From an uncultured Chloroflexia bacterium (GTDB taxonomy: Bacteria; Chloroflexota; Limnocylindria; QHBO01), in assembly GCA_963814375.1 (NCBI GenBank), contig CAWFCQ010000003.1, positions 32,001 to 96,000 of the forward strand: DNA of 64,000 nt, read 5' to 3'. The first letter of the stretch is position 1. Every line of letters begins with the position of its first letter. The translations under genes were made by a program, and so were the position numbers. The notes below the pieces were generated by a model. The model ran no database searches. It worked only from the letters and a program-made list of their open reading frames with translations, and had not been told where the DNA came from. Positions 45,419 to 55,898 of this stretch are shown here, piece by piece.

Positions 45419-47002
45419 TCAACCTACGGTCCCTGGATTGCGCTCAGGACGGCCGGCGCGTGAAGTTTCGTTGACCTTGGGCGCGTCCTCCCCGGCCGGC
45501 GGACCGCCATCACGAGGCAGGCTGATCCGGAACTCGGTGCCCTTCCCAACCTCGCTGGCAAGGTCGATGCTGCCGCCGTGCATCTCCACGATCGAGCGCA
45601 CGATCGCCAGGCCGAGGCCGCTGCCCGACGCCCTCGCCTCCCCCGTGTTGGTCCCGCGGTAGAACCGATCGAAGATGCGCGGCAGCTCATCGGTGGGGAT
45701 CCCGGGGCCCGTGTCGCTGACCTCGATGAGAGCTTCGTCGGCACCGGTCTTGAGACGCACCGATACGGCACCGCCGCGTGGCGTGAACTTCAGGGCGTTG
45801 CCGATGAGGTTGGTCATGAGCTGCACGATTCGCTCGCGGTCGAAGCGGGCCACGACCGGCTCGGCCGGAACCGCCGAGTCCAGTGCCACGCCGCGCTCCA
45901 CGGCCACCTCGGAGAGCGCCTGCACCACGGCCTGGACGGGGTCGCGCAGATCGCCGTCCCGGATATCGAGTGGGAAGATGCCGGCGTCGATGCGCGACAG
46001 GTCGAGCAGGTTGGTGCTGAGCCACTCGAGCCTTCCGATCTGCTCGGTGGAGCGCTCGAGGAACTCGCGACGGGTCGCCTCGTCGGTGTCGTCGTTCGAG
46101 AGGAGCTCGGTGTAGACCCGAAGTGCCGCGATCGGCGTGCGCAGCTCGTGGCTGACGTCGGCGACGAACTCGCGGAGCCGGTCGCGGTCCGCCTCGAGCA
46201 TTCGCAGGGTGCCCGACAGCCGATCGGCCATGACGTTGAACTGCTGGCCGAGCTCATCGATCTCGAGAACGCCGGAGGGGACGGCGCGCTCGTCGAGCTG
46301 GCCCTGCGCCACGCGCCCGGCAACGCCGCGGAGCCGGCTGATCGGGACGGTCAGCGACCGCGCGGCGATGATGCCCGTCACCAGCGACGCCAGCAGGGCG
46401 AGCAGCCCTGCCCCGACCAGCGCGCTGCGGATCTGCTCGAGCGTCTCCTCGCGGGTCGTGTACGGCTCGCTCACGGTAACCGCGTAGCGCGTCTGGGAGC
46501 CATCCGGCAGGTCGACCGCCACGTTGGCAGTGACCGGCGAGACGTCGGTGTCGCGTCGCAGCCCCTGCGCCTCGAGCGCCTCCGGGTCCGACGGGCTCGA
46601 CTCGGCGACCTCGCGACCGGACGCGTTCTCGATCGTGACCGTGGCGTTGAAGATCTCGGCGGAGGTCTCAGCCACCGGCGGGACCACGATCGTGTCGCGC
46701 GTCTCCTCGGTGATCACGACGTTCGGCTGCGTGTCGCCAACCTGGCTGATTCGCTGGCGCAGCAGGATGCCGCTCGAGGCCGCGGCGGTCTGGATCCGCT
46801 CCTCGGTCTGCTCGATGAAGTAGCCCGGCAGGATCTGGTTGATGGCGACGCCGGATACGAGCAGACCGACGAGGGCGACGATGGCGAGCGCCCCCACGAG
46901 CCGGACGTTGAGCCGGCCCAGCAGTGCGCCGGTGCTGCGAGGATCGAAGCTCGCCCAGCGACTGGCGACGGTGCGGTCGGCGTCAGTCCTCGGCGAAGGC
47001 AT
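45419..47002 (-). CDS. HAMP sensor histidine kinase
   Basis: 2 TM, HAMP, SHELRTP, NALKF, DTGPGI, FDRFYR, GSGLGL. Confidence 0.94.
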   Translation of the reverse strand: MPSPRTDADRTVASRWASFDPRSTGALLGRLNVRLVGALAIVALVGLLVSGVAINQILPGYFIEQTEERIQTAAASSGILLRQRISQVGDTQPNVVITEETRDTIVVPPVAETSAEIFNATVTIENASGREVAESSPSDPEALEAQGLRRDTDVSPVTANVAVDLPDGSQTRYAVTVSEPYTTREETLEQIRSALVGAGLLALLASLVTGIIAARSLTVPISRLRGVAGRVAQGQLDERAVPSGVLEIDELGQQFNVMADRLSGTLRMLEADRDRLREFVADVSHELRTPIAALRVYTELLSNDDTDEATRREFLERSTEQIGRLEWLSTNLLDLSRIDAGIFPLDIRDGDLRDPVQAVVQALSEVAVERGVALDSAVPAEPVVARFDRERIVQLMTNLIGNALKFTPRGGAVSVRLKTGADEALIEVSDTGPGIPTDELPRIFDRFYRGTNTGEARASGSGLGLAIVRSIVEMHGGSIDLASEVGKGTEFRISLPRDGGPPAGEDAPKVNETSRAGRPERNPGTVG

Positions 47003-47681
47003 AGCCGACGCCCCTGACCGTTCGGATGTAGCGCGGCTGCGAGGGATCGGGCTCGATCTTGTCGCGGATGTGGCTGATGTGGACGTTGATCGTGCGCTCG
47101 TCCTGCTCGAGCGCATCGTCGTAGTCACGCACCAGCTCGAGCAGCTGAGCACGGGTGTAGACGCGTCCCGGCCTCGCCGCCAGGTGGCGGAGCAGATCGA
47201 ACTCGGTCGTCGTCAGGCCGATGCGCTCGCCGCCGCGCGTGATCCTGCGGCGCTCGAGGTCGATGACGAGGTCGCCGCGGCGCAGGGTGCGCCCGGTCTG
47301 CGTGTCTGCCAGCTCGCCGTAGGCGCGGCGCAGCAGCGCCTTGATGCGGGTGACGAGCTCGCGCACGCTGAACGGCTTGACGAGGTAGTCATCGGCGCCC
47401 ATCTCCAGCCCGACCACCTTGTCGACCTCGTCGGCGCGGGCCGTCAGGAAGAGGACCGGCGCGCGCGTCTCGCGTCGCAGCTGGCGGAGCACTTCGAAGC
47501 CGTCGATCCCCGGCAGCCGAACGTCGAGGATGACGAGGTCGGGCGCGGCATCGGCGAAGTTCGCGATCGCATCCTCGCCGGTGGGCTGGACGCTGACCTC
47601 GTATCCCTCGCGCTCGAGAGCAACCTGCACGCCCCGAGCGACGGCGGGCTCGTCCTCGACGATCATGATCGTGCCGGCCAT
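46983..47681 (-). CDS. OmpR-family response regulator
   Basis: VEDE, LDVRLP, GADDYLVKPF, RTINVHI, TVRGVGY. Confidence 0.95.
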   Translation of the reverse strand: MAGTIMIVEDEPAVARGVQVALEREGYEVSVQPTGEDAIANFADAAPDLVILDVRLPGIDGFEVLRQLRRETRAPVLFLTARADEVDKVVGLEMGADDYLVKPFSVRELVTRIKALLRRAYGELADTQTGRTLRRGDLVIDLERRRITRGGERIGLTTTEFDLLRHLAARPGRVYTRAQLLELVRDYDDALEQDERTINVHISHIRDKIEPDPSQPRYIRTVRGVGYAFAED

Positions 47682-47737
47682 GCGGCGCAGTATAGGAACG
47701 AACGCGCCCGGATCGGCTTCTGCCCGCTGAAGAACGC

Positions 47738-49042
47738 TCAATCTCCGAGGGCGAGCGCCGCCTCGAGTGCCGGGTCGCGCCCGGCGAAGAAGTCGGCGGC
47801 GGTGACCGGGAACGCCGGCGTCGGCTCGATCGTGAGCCGCGGGTCGTCGGGCTCGGCGAACTGCCAATAGCGCGTGCTGACGCCGACCTGCATCGGAACC
47901 GGGAGCGCGTCCAGCGTGACCCAGCGGACGTCGTCCCAGAAGTTCAGCCCGCCGCCCATCGCCTCGCCGATAAAGGTCGCGTCGGTGCTCTGCTCGATCT
48001 GGGTGGCCAGGTTGGCCGCGGCCGAGAAGGTGACCCGGTCGGTGAGGACGACGAGCCGGCCGGGATTGGCGCCGGCGAAGTCCTGGACCAGGCGGAGAAG
48101 GGGCCCGAACGTCGTGTTGTCGCCGCCGGGGTTCTGGCGGAGATCGAGGACCAGGTCTTCGACCTCGCCGGCGTCGAGACGGGCGCGAGCCTCGCCGACG
48201 TCCGGCGGCACGACCGCCCGATATCGAATGTAGAGCGTCGCCGGGTCGATCGCCTCCACCGTGACCGGCTCGGGCGCGGTGAGGTAGCGGACGCGCGCGT
48301 CCGCCGGCAGCTGGATCATGCCCAGCCCGCCCGCCCACGACACGTAGTCGGCGAACGCGATCGGCTCCAGGTCGAAGCTCGCGCTCGCGCCTCCGGGCAT
48401 CTCCACCGTCACCGGGACCGGCCCGTCGCCGATGAGCCCCAACCCGCGCAGCACCTCGGTGCGCAGCAGGAAGGCGGGCCTGAAAGTCGGCACCGTGGCC
48501 GGCCCGTCACGCGGCACGAGCGGCTCGAGAGCGTCCAGCACCTCGTCGACGGGGGTGCCGTTGATCGCCGAGATGCGGGAGCCGATGAGCTCCTCGTGGG
48601 GCGGTGCCGCATCGGTCACGAAGAGGCCCTCGTCGAACTCGTAGACGCGAAGCGGGAGCGCGTCGCCCTCGTTGCCAGGCTGCGGCCAGGCGAACTGGTG
48701 CCCGTCGCGGCCCTCGCGGCTGAGCAACGCGACGACGCGCATGAGCTCGACGACCGCCTCGTCGGCGGTGAGACCCGGGAGCCGGCGCTCGTACCCTTCA
48801 AGCTCCGCGACGAACTCGCCACGCGTGATGCCGTGGTACGCGGCGGGGTGCACGGTGTCGAGCGCCTCGAGCAGCGCCTCGAGATCGGCGGCAACGGGGT
48901 CGACGGAAGCGGCCGGCGATGGGAAGCCGGTCGGCTGGCCGTCGGCAGGGCTGGCGTCGGGGGTCGCGGATGGCGTCGCACCGCCGCATCCCACCAGAGC
49001 TGTGCAGAGCGCGACCAGGGGCAGCAGGCGAGAGCGTCGCAT
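47738..49042 (-). CDS. S41-like peptidase lipoprotein
   Basis: Lipobox LVGC; DGH, LVLDLRQNPGG, TFSAA, IGEAMGG. Confidence 0.8.
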   Translation of the reverse strand: MRRSRLLPLVALCTALVGCGGATPSATPDASPADGQPTGFPSPAASVDPVAADLEALLEALDTVHPAAYHGITRGEFVAELEGYERRLPGLTADEAVVELMRVVALLSREGRDGHQFAWPQPGNEGDALPLRVYEFDEGLFVTDAAPPHEELIGSRISAINGTPVDEVLDALEPLVPRDGPATVPTFRPAFLLRTEVLRGLGLIGDGPVPVTVEMPGGASASFDLEPIAFADYVSWAGGLGMIQLPADARVRYLTAPEPVTVEAIDPATLYIRYRAVVPPDVGEARARLDAGEVEDLVLDLRQNPGGDNTTFGPLLRLVQDFAGANPGRLVVLTDRVTFSAAANLATQIEQSTDATFIGEAMGGGLNFWDDVRWVTLDALPVPMQVGVSTRYWQFAEPDDPRLTIEPTPAFPVTAADFFAGRDPALEAALALGD

Positions 49043-49224
49043 CGACTTGCGGACCATTCGCTGCTCATACGTCGAGAGCGGACGATACGTTCGATCCGAT
49101 CGGGTGGCTGCTTGCCCGCGATCGGGCCGCGCGGTACCATGCCGCCTCGCAGCACGGCAGATCGCGCGATCGGCGCTGCCCGGCGGGCGAGGCACCCCGA
49201 CACGAGAGAGGATCACCACCACCG

Positions 49225-49920
49225 ATGGACCTGGAGCTCACCCTCAACGCGCGCGAGGCGCACGGCAAGGCCAACAAGCGGCTGCGCCGCGATGGCATCG
49301 TGCCGGGCATCGTCTTCGGCAAGGGCGAGCCGTCCACCCCGGTCCAGGTCGACATCAAGTCCTTCGAGACGCTCTACCGCAGCGCGGGTCGGACCCAGGT
49401 GGTGCAGCTCAAGTTCCCCGGCCAGACCACCGCGACCAGCGGGATCATCAAGAGCGTCCAGCGCCACCCGCTCGGTGGCAGCCCGATCCACGTCGACTTC
49501 TTCCTCGTCAACCTCAAGCAGGAGATGGAGATCGACGTCCCGCTCACTTTCGTCGGTGAGGCGCCCGCGGTCGAGGAGACCGGCGGCACCCTGCTCCACA
49601 ACCTGTCGAGCATCCACGTCAAGGCGCTGCCGAATGACATCCCGCAGGAGGTCGTGGTGGACGTCTCGGTCCTCACCAGCCTGGACGTGGCCATTCACGT
49701 CAAGGACCTCAATCTCAACCGCGACCTCGTCCACGTCCTGACCGATGGCGAGACGCTCGTCTCGACCGTGGTTCCGCCGCGGGTCGAGGAGGAGCCGGAG
49801 CCGGTCCTGGTCGAGGGCGAGGAGCTCGAGGGCGAGGGCGCCGAAGGCGCCGAGGGCGAGGCCCCGGCCGAGGGCGAAGGCGCAGAGGGTGCCGCGGGCG
49901 AGGACTCCTCCGAGTCCTGA
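49225..49920 (+). CDS. rplY: 50S ribosomal protein L25/Ctc
   Basis: GKANKRLRRDGIVPGIVFG, VQRHP, HVDF and an acidic tail. Confidence 0.95.
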   Translation: MDLELTLNAREAHGKANKRLRRDGIVPGIVFGKGEPSTPVQVDIKSFETLYRSAGRTQVVQLKFPGQTTATSGIIKSVQRHPLGGSPIHVDFFLVNLKQEMEIDVPLTFVGEAPAVEETGGTLLHNLSSIHVKALPNDIPQEVVVDVSVLTSLDVAIHVKDLNLNRDLVHVLTDGETLVSTVVPPRVEEEPEPVLVEGEELEGEGAEGAEGEAPAEGEGAEGAAGEDSSES

Positions 49921-50041
49921 ACCGGTCGCGACCGTCGGCATCCGACCAGCCGTCAGCGCTGGAGTGCGCCCGCATGAGCCTCGGCTGCGGACCGCCTTCG
50001 CGAGAACGCACCCCAAGGTGGATCTGCGCGACCGATCGCGA

Positions 50042-50962
50042 TTACTCGGCGATGAGCGCCTGGACCTCCGCCCTGATCGCCTCGACGTCCGGCTCGAGGA
50101 TGTAACCCCGGCCGTCGCCTCGATCGCCCTCGAAGGTGATGAGCGGCGGCTGGATTACGAGGTTCTGGACCTCAGCCTCGCCGGCCAGGCGGGCCAGCTC
50201 CATGAGTGTCGGGAGCTCCTCGAGTGGCAGATCCGACTCGAGCGAGTCGAGGCCGTCGAGGAGGGCCGTGATGTCGAGCTCCGCCTCAGGGTCGACGAGC
50301 CGCTGGACGAGGTCGACGACGACCTCTTGCTGACGTCCCATGCGCCCGTAGTCCTGGTCGACGCGCGTTCGGACATATCCCAGCGCGGTGGGCCCATCCA
50401 GGATCTGCTCACCTGCCGGGATGTCGACCCCGGCCGCCGGATCAACGAGTGGCGCCGGCGGGTTGACCTCGACGCCGCCAACCCCGTCCACCAGTGAGCT
50501 GAAGTCATCCATGTCGAGCACGATGTAGCCGTCCATTGTCACGCCGTAGAGCGTCTCCATCGCGCCGACGAGCACCTCGATGCCCTGCTCGCGGTAGAGC
50601 CCGTTGATCTTGCGCGGATAGGTCGTGCCATCCGCCAGCGGCACGTCGACGGTGTCGCGCGGCAGCGATACGAGCGTCAGCTTGGATTGATCCGCGGAGA
50701 GGCTGACGAACATGAGCGCGTCCGTGTTCGCCGGGTCGCCCGCATCGGCGCGGGCCTGGTTCACGTCGGTGCCCACGTAGACAACGTTCCAGGCTTGCTC
50801 GAGCAGGGCCGCGTTGAGCGACGGCGATGGCGAGGCCGACGCACTGGCCGATGCCGACGGGCTCGCCTCGGGTTCGGATCCGCCGCCGAAGACCAGGAAC
50901 CCGACGATCACCGCGGCCACGAGCAGGACGCCGCCGATGATCAGCGCGGGGGTACGTTGCAT
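50042..50962 (-). CDS. LytR-CpsA-Psr (LCP) family protein
   Basis: TM, NTDALM, SLPRDT, KINGLY, ALGYVRTR, DYGRMGRQQ. Confidence 0.92.
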   Translation of the reverse strand: MQRTPALIIGGVLLVAAVIVGFLVFGGGSEPEASPSASASASASPSPSLNAALLEQAWNVVYVGTDVNQARADAGDPANTDALMFVSLSADQSKLTLVSLPRDTVDVPLADGTTYPRKINGLYREQGIEVLVGAMETLYGVTMDGYIVLDMDDFSSLVDGVGGVEVNPPAPLVDPAAGVDIPAGEQILDGPTALGYVRTRVDQDYGRMGRQQEVVVDLVQRLVDPEAELDITALLDGLDSLESDLPLEELPTLMELARLAGEAEVQNLVIQPPLITFEGDRGDGRGYILEPDVEAIRAEVQALIAE

Positions 50963-51004
50963 CTGCTCATTGTCGCCGGATTCCCGGTGGCATGATCCGC
51001 TTGC

Positions 51005-52054
51005 ATGACCGAGGCCGCCCATCCCATCACCGTCGCGGAATACGAGCCGCTGGCGCGCGAACGTATGGAGCGCGGGCCGTGGGACTACCAGGCCGGCGGC
51101 GCCGGCGACGAGCGCAGCATGGCCGACAGCCGGGCGGCGTGGGATCGCCTCCGCCTGCGGCCGCGCGTGCTGGTCGACGTCTCGACGCGCGACCTGGGAG
51201 CGACCGCATTCGGCATTGCGCTCGACCACCCGATCGTGGTGGCACCGACGGCGAACCACCAGCTGGCCCACACGGATGCGGAGCTCGGCACCGCTCGCGG
51301 CGCCGCTGCGGCCGGGGCGGTGTACACGCTGTCGACCATCTCATCGGTGCCGATGGAGGAGGTTGCCGCAGCGGCTCCAGGCGCGCCCCGCTGGTTCCAG
51401 CTGTACGCGCCCTCGGATCGCGATGCCTGCCAGGCCCTGATCGAGCGCGCGGCCGCCGCGGGCTACTCGGCCGTCGCGCTGACCGTCGACCTGCCCCTGC
51501 CGGGGAACCGCGAGCGAGATCGTCGCAACGACTTCGCCGTGGATCTTGGCGTTCACCTGCCCGAGGAGCAGCCGGTCGACCCGGACACCGGCCTCGTGAT
51601 CCTGCCGACGATGGATTGGGACGAGCTCGCATGGATGCGGACCGTCTGCCCGATCCCGCTGGTGGTCAAGGGTGTCCTGCGCGCCGATGACGCGGTGCGC
51701 GCCGTCGAGGCCGGCTGCGATGGCATCTGGGTGAGCAACCACGGCGGGCGCCAGCTCGACACCTCGGTCGCTCCGATCGACGCCTTGCCGCCGATCGCCG
51801 AGGCGGTCGGCGATCGCACGGTCTTGATCGTCGACGGCGGCGTGCGGCGCGGGATCGACGTCCTCAAGGGCATCGCGCTCGGTGCCGATCTCGTCGCCAT
51901 CGGCCGACCGGCGCTGTGGGGCCTCGCCGTGGACGGGGCGGACGGGGTCCGGCGCGTGATCGAGCTGCTGCGGGACGAGCTGTCGCTGGCGATGGCCCTC
52001 ACCGGGGCCCGGACGCTGTCCGACATCACGCCCGACCTTGTCATGACCCGCTAA
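51005..52054 (+). CDS. FMN-dependent alpha-hydroxy acid oxidase
   Basis: WFQLY, LTVD, VKG, VSNHGGRQLD, DGGVRRG. Confidence 0.94.
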   Translation: MTEAAHPITVAEYEPLARERMERGPWDYQAGGAGDERSMADSRAAWDRLRLRPRVLVDVSTRDLGATAFGIALDHPIVVAPTANHQLAHTDAELGTARGAAAAGAVYTLSTISSVPMEEVAAAAPGAPRWFQLYAPSDRDACQALIERAAAAGYSAVALTVDLPLPGNRERDRRNDFAVDLGVHLPEEQPVDPDTGLVILPTMDWDELAWMRTVCPIPLVVKGVLRADDAVRAVEAGCDGIWVSNHGGRQLDTSVAPIDALPPIAEAVGDRTVLIVDGGVRRGIDVLKGIALGADLVAIGRPALWGLAVDGADGVRRVIELLRDELSLAMALTGARTLSDITPDLVMTR

Positions 52055-52066
52055 CCTGCCCAGACA

Positions 52067-53168
52067 ATGCCGATTCGCCAGCATCCCCGCCTCGCCATCG
52101 CCGTCCTGTCGCTGCTGCTCGTCGCCCTCGCCGGCTGCGGAACGGTCGGGACCGCCCTCTGCGGGCTCTCGACGTACGCCGCCGACCTCCAGGTCGACCT
52201 CGAGGCGCTCGGCGCGATGGACCCTGAGCTCGTCGTCCAGGAAGGCACGCCCGAGAATGCCGCGGCGCTGGCGGCCATCGACAACCTCGACGCGACTCGC
52301 GCGGAGGCGCAGGAGGCGCTCGACGCGGCCTCGGAGGATGACGTCGGGCAAGCGGCTCAGAGGGCATTCCAGGCCGCGCTGGACGCCACCGAGCTGGCGA
52401 CGACCGAGCTGCGCGCGGCGATCGACTCGGGCGATGCGGCGGCGGTGTCCGAGGCGCTGACCCTCGTGCAGCGAGCGAGTGAGGCCATCGACAGCTTCGT
52501 GACCCTCGTCGAAGGACTCCGGACCGAATGCCCTGACACCGCCTCCCCATCCGAGTCGGCCAGCGCGAGCGAGGCAGCATCGGCGAGCGCAAGCCCGTCC
52601 GACTCGGCCGCACCGACCGAATCGCCAAGCGAGAGCGAAGAGCCGAGCGAGACCGAGGAGCCCAGCGAAACGGAGGAGCCCACGCCGAGCCCATCCCCGA
52701 CGCTCACGGCCAGCCCGACGCCGACGGCAACACCGACGCCATCACCCACTCCATCGCCGACGGCGACACCCTCTCCCAGTCCCACGGCCTCGCCGTCCCC
52801 CACACCGAGCGCAACACCGACGCCGAGTCCGTCCGCGACCGCGACGGCGTCTCCGTCGCCGAGCCCTTCGGCTACGCCGTCACCATCGCCCTCCGCCACG
52901 CCCAGCGCGAGCCCTTCTGCATCGGCGAGCGCCAGCGCTTCGGTCTCGCCAAGCCCGTCGCCGAGTGGCGCGCCTGACGAGGAGGACGGTTCGGGCGCGT
53001 TCCTCTGGCTCGCCGTCCTGGGCCTCGGGCGCCCTCGGCGCGGGAGCGCTGGCCATCTGGATCCGATCGAGGAGCGAGGAGCCGCCCGAGGGCCCCGAAG
53101 GCAGCGACGAAATGGCCCCGCCCGAGGACGTGCCGCCAGGCGCTCCGCCGGCGAGCCCGACGCCCTGA
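52067..53168 (+). CDS. Lipoprotein with a long Ser/Pro/Thr linker and C-terminal TM; apparent frameshift near 53027
   Basis: Lipobox [15 protein letters not shown] continues as [15 protein letters not shown] in another frame if one G of CTCGGGCGCC is removed. Confidence 0.72.
52540..52965 (+). repeat. Coding Ser/Pro/Thr low-complexity region
   Basis: SPSPT/SASAS/EEPSET repeats. Confidence 0.8.
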
Positions 53169-53180
53169 GCGTCGCCTAGG

Positions 53181-53960
53181 GTGACCCACCAGCCCCTCGA
53201 CGACATCCCCGTCTTCCTGTTCGTCGCCCTCTTCGTGCTGGCCAACGTGGTCGCGTACGAGGTCGGCTTCCGTGTCGGCCTGTGGTCGAAGCAACGCGAT
53301 CCCGATGGCGACGAGGGTCCGACCGGAATGATCGTCGGGTCGATCCTCGCTCTCATGGCGTTCCTGCTCGCGATCACGATGGGCATGGCCGGCGACCGGT
53401 TCGACACGCGCCGTGGCCTGGTGCTCGACGAGGCGAACGCACTCGGCACGACGTACCTGCGCGCCGGCTATTTGCCGGAGCCGGCGTCGACGGAGATGCA
53501 GGACCTGGTGACCGAGTACGTCCCGTACCGCATCGCGCCGAGCGACCAGGCGCAACTGGCGGCCAACATCGAGCGGTCGGAGGAGCTCCAGGCAGAGATG
53601 TGGGCGATCGCCGAGGAGGTAGCACGCACCGATGGATCGGACGTCACGGCGCTCTTCATCGAGTCACTCAATGAAGTCATCGACCTGCACACGAGTCGCG
53701 TCGTGGCCGGAATCTACGCCCGTGTCCCGGCCACCATCCTCTGGCTCCTGGTGATCGGCGTGATCAGCAGCCTCGGACTGGTCGGCTACAGCGCCGGCCT
53801 CAGCCGAAAACGGAGCCCGGCCATTGCGCTGGTGCTGGTGCTCTTTCTCGGCGCCGTCATTTGGCTCGTCGTCGACCTCGATCGGCCGCGCGAGGGCCTG
53901 ATCCAGGTCAGCCAGCAGCCCCTGATCGACCTGCAGCAGAGGCTGGAGAGCGAGCCCTAG
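53181..53960 (+). CDS. DUF4239/bestrophin-like membrane protein
   Basis: AFLLAIT...RFDTRR...EANALGTTYLR, SLNEVID, DLDRP. Confidence 0.78.
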   Translation: MTHQPLDDIPVFLFVALFVLANVVAYEVGFRVGLWSKQRDPDGDEGPTGMIVGSILALMAFLLAITMGMAGDRFDTRRGLVLDEANALGTTYLRAGYLPEPASTEMQDLVTEYVPYRIAPSDQAQLAANIERSEELQAEMWAIAEEVARTDGSDVTALFIESLNEVIDLHTSRVVAGIYARVPATILWLLVIGVISSLGLVGYSAGLSRKRSPAIALVLVLFLGAVIWLVVDLDRPREGLIQVSQQPLIDLQQRLESEP

Positions 53961-53976
53961 CCCGTAGGCCGACCGT

Positions 53977-54939
53977 TCAGGGGATGCGAGCGAACCACGC
54001 CAGCGAGCCGGCCGCGGCCACGGCAGCCACCACGAGCGCAGCGATCGCGAGGCCGTCGGTGATCTCGCGCGGCTCCGTGCGCGTGCCGACGCCTTGGCCG
54101 AGGTCCTCGAACACGGACACGATCTCCTCCGCCGACTCGGCCTCGAACACCTTGCCACCGGTGGTCTCCGCGATGTCTCGCAGCGCCTCGTGGTTGACCG
54201 GAACGGGTACTTCCATGAAGTCGACCACCACCGACCCATGGTCGGTGCCGAAGGCGACGGTGCTGACCTTGACGCCTCGTCGCTCGGCCTCACGGGCCGC
54301 AGGACCCTCGGGTCGCCCCACCGTCGTGTCACCGTCTGACATCAGCACGACCGACCCGCCGGGGTCAGCCGCATCGGCGGGGATGTCCGACTCGAGCAGG
54401 TCGAGCGACGTGTAAATGGCCTCGCCGATCGCCGTTCCCTGGCCGAGGGTCAGCCGGTCGATCGCGCGGTCGAGGACCACCTTCGACGTGGTTGGAGGAA
54501 TGACGACCCGGGCGGCCTCGTCGAAGGCGACCAGGCCCACCTTGACACCGGCCGGGACGACCTCGATGAACCGATGGGCCGCCTCCTGGGCGGCCGCGAT
54601 GCGGCTGGGCGAGACATCCGTCGCCTCCATCGAGACCGAGGTGTCGAACGCGAGCACGACCGTTGGCTCGTTGGGCACCTCGGTTGCCATGGCGGGGCGG
54701 GCGGCCGCGATGACGAGCAGGGCGATCGCGGCCAGGTAGATGGCGGCGACGACGTGGCGGCGAAGGCCCGGGCGCCGCGGTGCCACCGTGTCGATCAGGT
54801 CCGGATCGGTGAATCGGACCACGTAGGCGTGGCGGCGGCGCTGCCTGACGAGGTAAAGCACGGCGAACGCAAGCGGCACCAGGAGCAGCACGAACCGCTC
54901 GGGCGCGAGGAACATGAGGTCTTCCGGGAACGGCGTCAT
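53977..54939 (-). CDS. VWA-domain membrane protein (BatA-like)
   Basis: AAARP, MIDAS DTSVS, GTAIG, MSDG, C-terminal TM. Confidence 0.9.
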   Translation of the reverse strand: MTPFPEDLMFLAPERFVLLLVPLAFAVLYLVRQRRRHAYVVRFTDPDLIDTVAPRRPGLRRHVVAAIYLAAIALLVIAAARPAMATEVPNEPTVVLAFDTSVSMEATDVSPSRIAAAQEAAHRFIEVVPAGVKVGLVAFDEAARVVIPPTTSKVVLDRAIDRLTLGQGTAIGEAIYTSLDLLESDIPADAADPGGSVVLMSDGDTTVGRPEGPAAREAERRGVKVSTVAFGTDHGSVVVDFMEVPVPVNHEALRDIAETTGGKVFEAESAEEIVSVFEDLGQGVGTRTEPREITDGLAIAALVVAAVAAAGSLAWFARIP

Positions 54940-55898
54940 CGGGCAGCTCCAGTGGTGGAATGCGACGCCGCGTGCCGCCCCATCGTTCGGGCGCGACGGT
55001 GTCGGTACAGGCAGGCCGCGAGCGGACCGGTCCATTCGGAATCCGTGCGGAGCTGGAGGTGCGTGGCTCCCGCTCGGCGGATCGCGGACGACCTCGTGGC
55101 GCGCCGGCCATCGGCGGCCTCGGACAGGCGGGCGCGGAAGCGCTCGTCACTCGTGTCGATCGTCCGCTGGCGGCCGGTCTCCGGATCCTCGATCACGAGC
55201 AGGCCGACATCGGGCAAACGGAGCTCGCGCGGGTCGACAACCTCGACGGCAATGACCTCACTTCGACGTCCGAGCCGCGCGAGCGCCGGTCGCCAGGTCT
55301 CGATGGGAGCGATGAAGTCGGAGACCACGATCGCGAGCCCGCCTCGTCGCAGGACGTGGCGCAGACCGTCGATGGCGCGGCCGAGATCCACCTCTCCCCC
55401 GAGCGGTGACCGTGCGATGCTGCCCACGAGGCTGGTCAGGTGCCGGCGACCGCCGCGGACCGGCACGATCCGTGGCCCACCGGCGGTCGCGACGACCGCG
55501 CCGATCCGATCGCCGCCGAGGACGGCAAGCGCCGACACGGCCGACGCAACGTTGACGGCCAGATCGGCCTTCCGCCAGCCGACGGTCCCGAAGTCGAGGC
55601 TGCCGGATCGGTCGACCAGGACCGCGACGTCGAGGTCACGCTCCTGGATCGCGTCACGAACGTGCGGCTCGCCGGTCCGGGCGAGGATCGCCCAGTCCAT
55701 CCGACGCACGTCGTCGCCCGGCTCATATGGTCGAGCGTCTCCCGGCTCGACACCGTGGCCGAGCACCAGCGAGGGATGACGGCCGTCGCGACGGCCAAAG
55801 ACCTTGTGGCTCACCGCGAGCTCGATGCGACGGAGGCGTGCCGGCAGGTCGAGACCGCCGCCCTGGCCAGCTCCTGGGCCGGCAGCTGGCGAGGTCAC
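54936..55898 (-). CDS. DUF58 domain protein
   Basis: RPYEPGDDVRRMDW, VDRSGSLDFG, VVSDF, DPRE. Confidence 0.92.
   Translation of the reverse strand: MTSPAAGPGAGQGGGLDLPARLRRIELAVSHKVFGRRDGRHPSLVLGHGVEPGDARPYEPGDDVRRMDWAILARTGEPHVRDAIQERDLDVAVLVDRSGSLDFGTVGWRKADLAVNVASAVSALAVLGGDRIGAVVATAGGPRIVPVRGGRRHLTSLVGSIARSPLGGEVDLGRAIDGLRHVLRRGGLAIVVSDFIAPIETWRPALARLGRRSEVIAVEVVDPRELRLPDVGLLVIEDPETGRQRTIDTSDERFRARLSEAADGRRATRSSAIRRAGATHLQLRTDSEWTGPLAACLYRHRRARTMGRHAASHSTTGAAR

Noticed and set aside
46983-48338. 451-aa response regulator with a long N-terminal extension
   Set aside because: The extension overlaps the S41 peptidase in another frame; the REC domain starts at 47681.
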